A stretch of 64,000 nt of DNA. Source: Pseudomonadota bacterium (GTDB lineage: Bacteria; Pseudomonadota; Gammaproteobacteria; Burkholderiales; Burkholderiaceae). The stretch covers positions 20,923-84,922 of the forward strand of contig JBDLVQ010000021.1 of assembly GCA_039804685.1 (NCBI GenBank), read 5' to 3'. The stretch's first letter is position 1. Each line of letters begins with the position of its first letter. A program made the position numbers and the translations under genes. Positions 62,069-64,000 of this stretch are shown one piece after another. Under the pieces are notes generated by a model, which ran no database searches, was not told where the DNA came from, and was given only the letters and a program-made list of their open reading frames with translations.

Positions 62069-62932
62069 TTAAGGCCTGTATTCAGGCAAATGATCAACTG
62101 TCGTATTTTTTGCTTTCGCATAAAGAATTAAAGCGTCGAGCATATTTCTTTGCATCTCATAAATACGCGCCTCTCCAGAAGGGTGAGTAGATAACCACTC
62201 GGCCTGCTTTTCTTTATTACTGGCGCCCATTTTTTGCCAAAGAGAAATCCCCGCTCTAGGATCGTATCCAGCTCTAGCCGCAACATCCATACCCACCAAG
62301 TCCGCATCTTTTTCATCAGCCCTAGAAAAGCTCAAGCCCACCAACTGAAATCCCTGACCCAGAGCTTGACTGCCCAAGCCTCCCAAGCCTAATGCTTGAG
62401 ACAAAATGTTGGCGCCAAGATGACTCATTTGCTCCTTGGCAATTCTATCGCGGGCATGCTCTCTTAAAGCGTGTGCTATTTCATGCCCCATCACCATTGC
62501 TATTTCATCATCATTTAACTTAAGCGTTTCTAGAATACCTGTGTAAAAAGCAATTTTCCCACCGGGCATACAAAATGCATTAATTTGATCTGATACAAAT
62601 AAATTAACTTCCCACTTCCAAGCTCTTGCGTCTGGATTCCAAATTTGAGCATGCGGCAAAATTTTCTTAGCGATGGCTCTTAAGCGAATAACTTGAGGAT
62701 GATTATCCGGTGCAAGTTTATTTTTTTGAGCCTCTTTTTGTTTCATTGCATCATATTGACGAATAGCAGAGGCTTCTAATTGACTCGCGGGCACCATGTT
62801 TTTAAAACTTGAACCTTCACCAGCCTTCACTCCGTCAGTAGGAGGCAAATGTCGTGGAGAAGTAGAAGCGCAAGCGCCTAAAAAAATAACCATCAAAATA
62901 CTTGCGGCTATTTTTAAAATATTTTTTTTCAT
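62069..62932 (-). CDS. M48 family metallopeptidase (lipoprotein)
   Basis: Lipobox LGAC, NAFCMPGG, HEIAH, THPS; start ATG 62932. Confidence 0.92.
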   Translation of the reverse strand: MKKNILKIAASILMVIFLGACASTSPRHLPPTDGVKAGEGSSFKNMVPASQLEASAIRQYDAMKQKEAQKNKLAPDNHPQVIRLRAIAKKILPHAQIWNPDARAWKWEVNLFVSDQINAFCMPGGKIAFYTGILETLKLNDDEIAMVMGHEIAHALREHARDRIAKEQMSHLGANILSQALGLGGLGSQALGQGFQLVGLSFSRADEKDADLVGMDVAARAGYDPRAGISLWQKMGASNKEKQAEWLSTHPSGEARIYEMQRNMLDALILYAKAKNTTVDHLPEYRP

Positions 62933-62945
62933 GGCTCTTTTATTA

Positions 62946-64000
62946 TTAAGCTGACTCAAACTCAGATTTTTTATTTTTGTTCCACGGAGCAATTTTGGGC
63001 AATAGCAATAAACCAGGAATGGCGAGAACAAAACAAATGATGAAAAAGTTAGTCCAACCAGTGACCTCAACAATGTAACCAGTTAATGCATTTATAAAAG
63101 TTCTAGGAACTGCTGACAGACTAGTAAATAAAGCAAACTGGGTTGCAGTAAATCGCGGATTAGTTTCAAGAGCGATATAGGATGTAAATGCAGCAGTTCC
63201 CAAGCCGACCGACAAAGCCTCAAAACCAATCACCCAAGACAGCAACCATAAGTCTGCGCCAGTTTGAGCAAGGATCACAAATCCTAAAATCGCCACAGCT
63301 TGTAATACGCCAAAAAACCAAAGTGCACGATTAACCCCGGTTTTAAGCATCCAGTAAGCGCCCAAGATTCCACCCAAGATACTTGCCCAAAGGCCCGCAT
63401 TTTTAGCAACAAGGCCAATTTCTGTTCGTGTAAAACCTAACTCAATATAAAAAGGCGTGGCCAAAGCTGTAGCCATTGAGTCACCTAACTTATAAAGAAA
63501 TATAAATGCCAAAACTATTAAAGCGTGCTTCCAGCCCTGACGTTGAATAAATTCATTAAAGGGCTCAATCACAGCTTCACGCAAAGTTTTTGGCGCAGGA
63601 CCATACATCTTTGGTTCAGGCACCAGCAAGGTGGTCAGGACGCCCGGCAACATAAACAAACCGGTAACAAAGAAAACCCAGTCCCAGGTCAAAACATCTG
63701 AGAGGATTAAAGATAAAGACCCAGGCACAAGCGTTGATAACTTATAGGCGTTTACAAACAAAGCAGTTCCCGAACCCATCTGCTCTTCAGTTAACCACTC
63801 TCTTCGATGTGCATCAACAACAATATCTTGGCTTGCAGAAAAGAATGCCACGATGGCGGCCAAGAACACAACAGTCCAAATTTCTGTTCTTGGATTAAAT
63901 TGCCCCATCAAAATCACTGCCAACATCACTGCGATTTGCGTAGCAATCATCCAGCCACGACGACGTCCCAAGAATGGCAACTGAAATCGATCCATAGCGG
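62946..64000 (-). CDS. ampG: AmpG family muropeptide MFS transporter (3' part; 5' end outside the window)
   Basis: MDRF.LPFLGRRRGW, FFSASQDIVVDA.R, TATQFALFTSL. Confidence 0.92.
   Translation of the reverse strand, partial: AMDRFQLPFLGRRRGWMIATQIAVMLAVILMGQFNPRTEIWTVVFLAAIVAFFSASQDIVVDAHRREWLTEEQMGSGTALFVNAYKLSTLVPGSLSLILSDVLTWDWVFFVTGLFMLPGVLTTLLVPEPKMYGPAPKTLREAVIEPFNEFIQRQGWKHALIVLAFIFLYKLGDSMATALATPFYIELGFTRTEIGLVAKNAGLWASILGGILGAYWMLKTGVNRALWFFGVLQAVAILGFVILAQTGADLWLLSWVIGFEALSVGLGTAAFTSYIALETNPRFTATQFALFTSLSAVPRTFINALTGYIVEVTGWTNFFIICFVLAIPGLLLLPKIAPWNKNKKSEFESA

Overview
A 64 kb stretch of core chromosome from a streamlined, AT-rich (roughly 40% GC by eye) betaproteobacterium. Gene order and protein sequences are Burkholderiaceae-like, most likely Polynucleobacter or a close relative (inference). 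About 70 CDS are packed with almost no intergenic DNA: secB-grxC-rhodanese/gpmA-ctpA-thiF, an incomplete PTS fused to gshA-gshB, torF-glnK-amtB with a full NtrC/IHF/sigma54 promoter, lipAB, birA-coaX, a light/oxidative-stress locus (B12-binding CarH/LitR, FeS photolyase, Gpx, FAD oxidoreductase-DUF1365-cfa-SDR-NTF2), argS-SPOR-dsbA, split metH, phaM, can, a Bug receptor, an accessory patch downstream of glmS, glmU, ttcA-folB, cca, slt and a methyl-cycle cluster (metK-ahcY-metF). No rRNA, tRNA, CRISPR array, transposase or full-length integrase was seen. Strongest second-look items: (1) a SAM-II-like riboswitch before metK with a G where the SAM-contacting U10 is normally found and a remote expression platform; (2) a 3.4 kb block behind glmS bounded by a synonymous copy of the glmS 3' end and carrying a recombinase-like remnant; (3) many genes with a -10 box 6-8 nt before ATG, suggesting widespread leaderless mRNAs, including overlapping bidirectional promoters; (4) a long hairpin with an anti-Shine-Dalgarno loop inside the light-stress operon; (5) convergent gene overlaps, including an 89 nt dual-coding phaM/MBL tail and a C-terminally shortened MetH. 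All family calls come from motif recognition; no database search was run.
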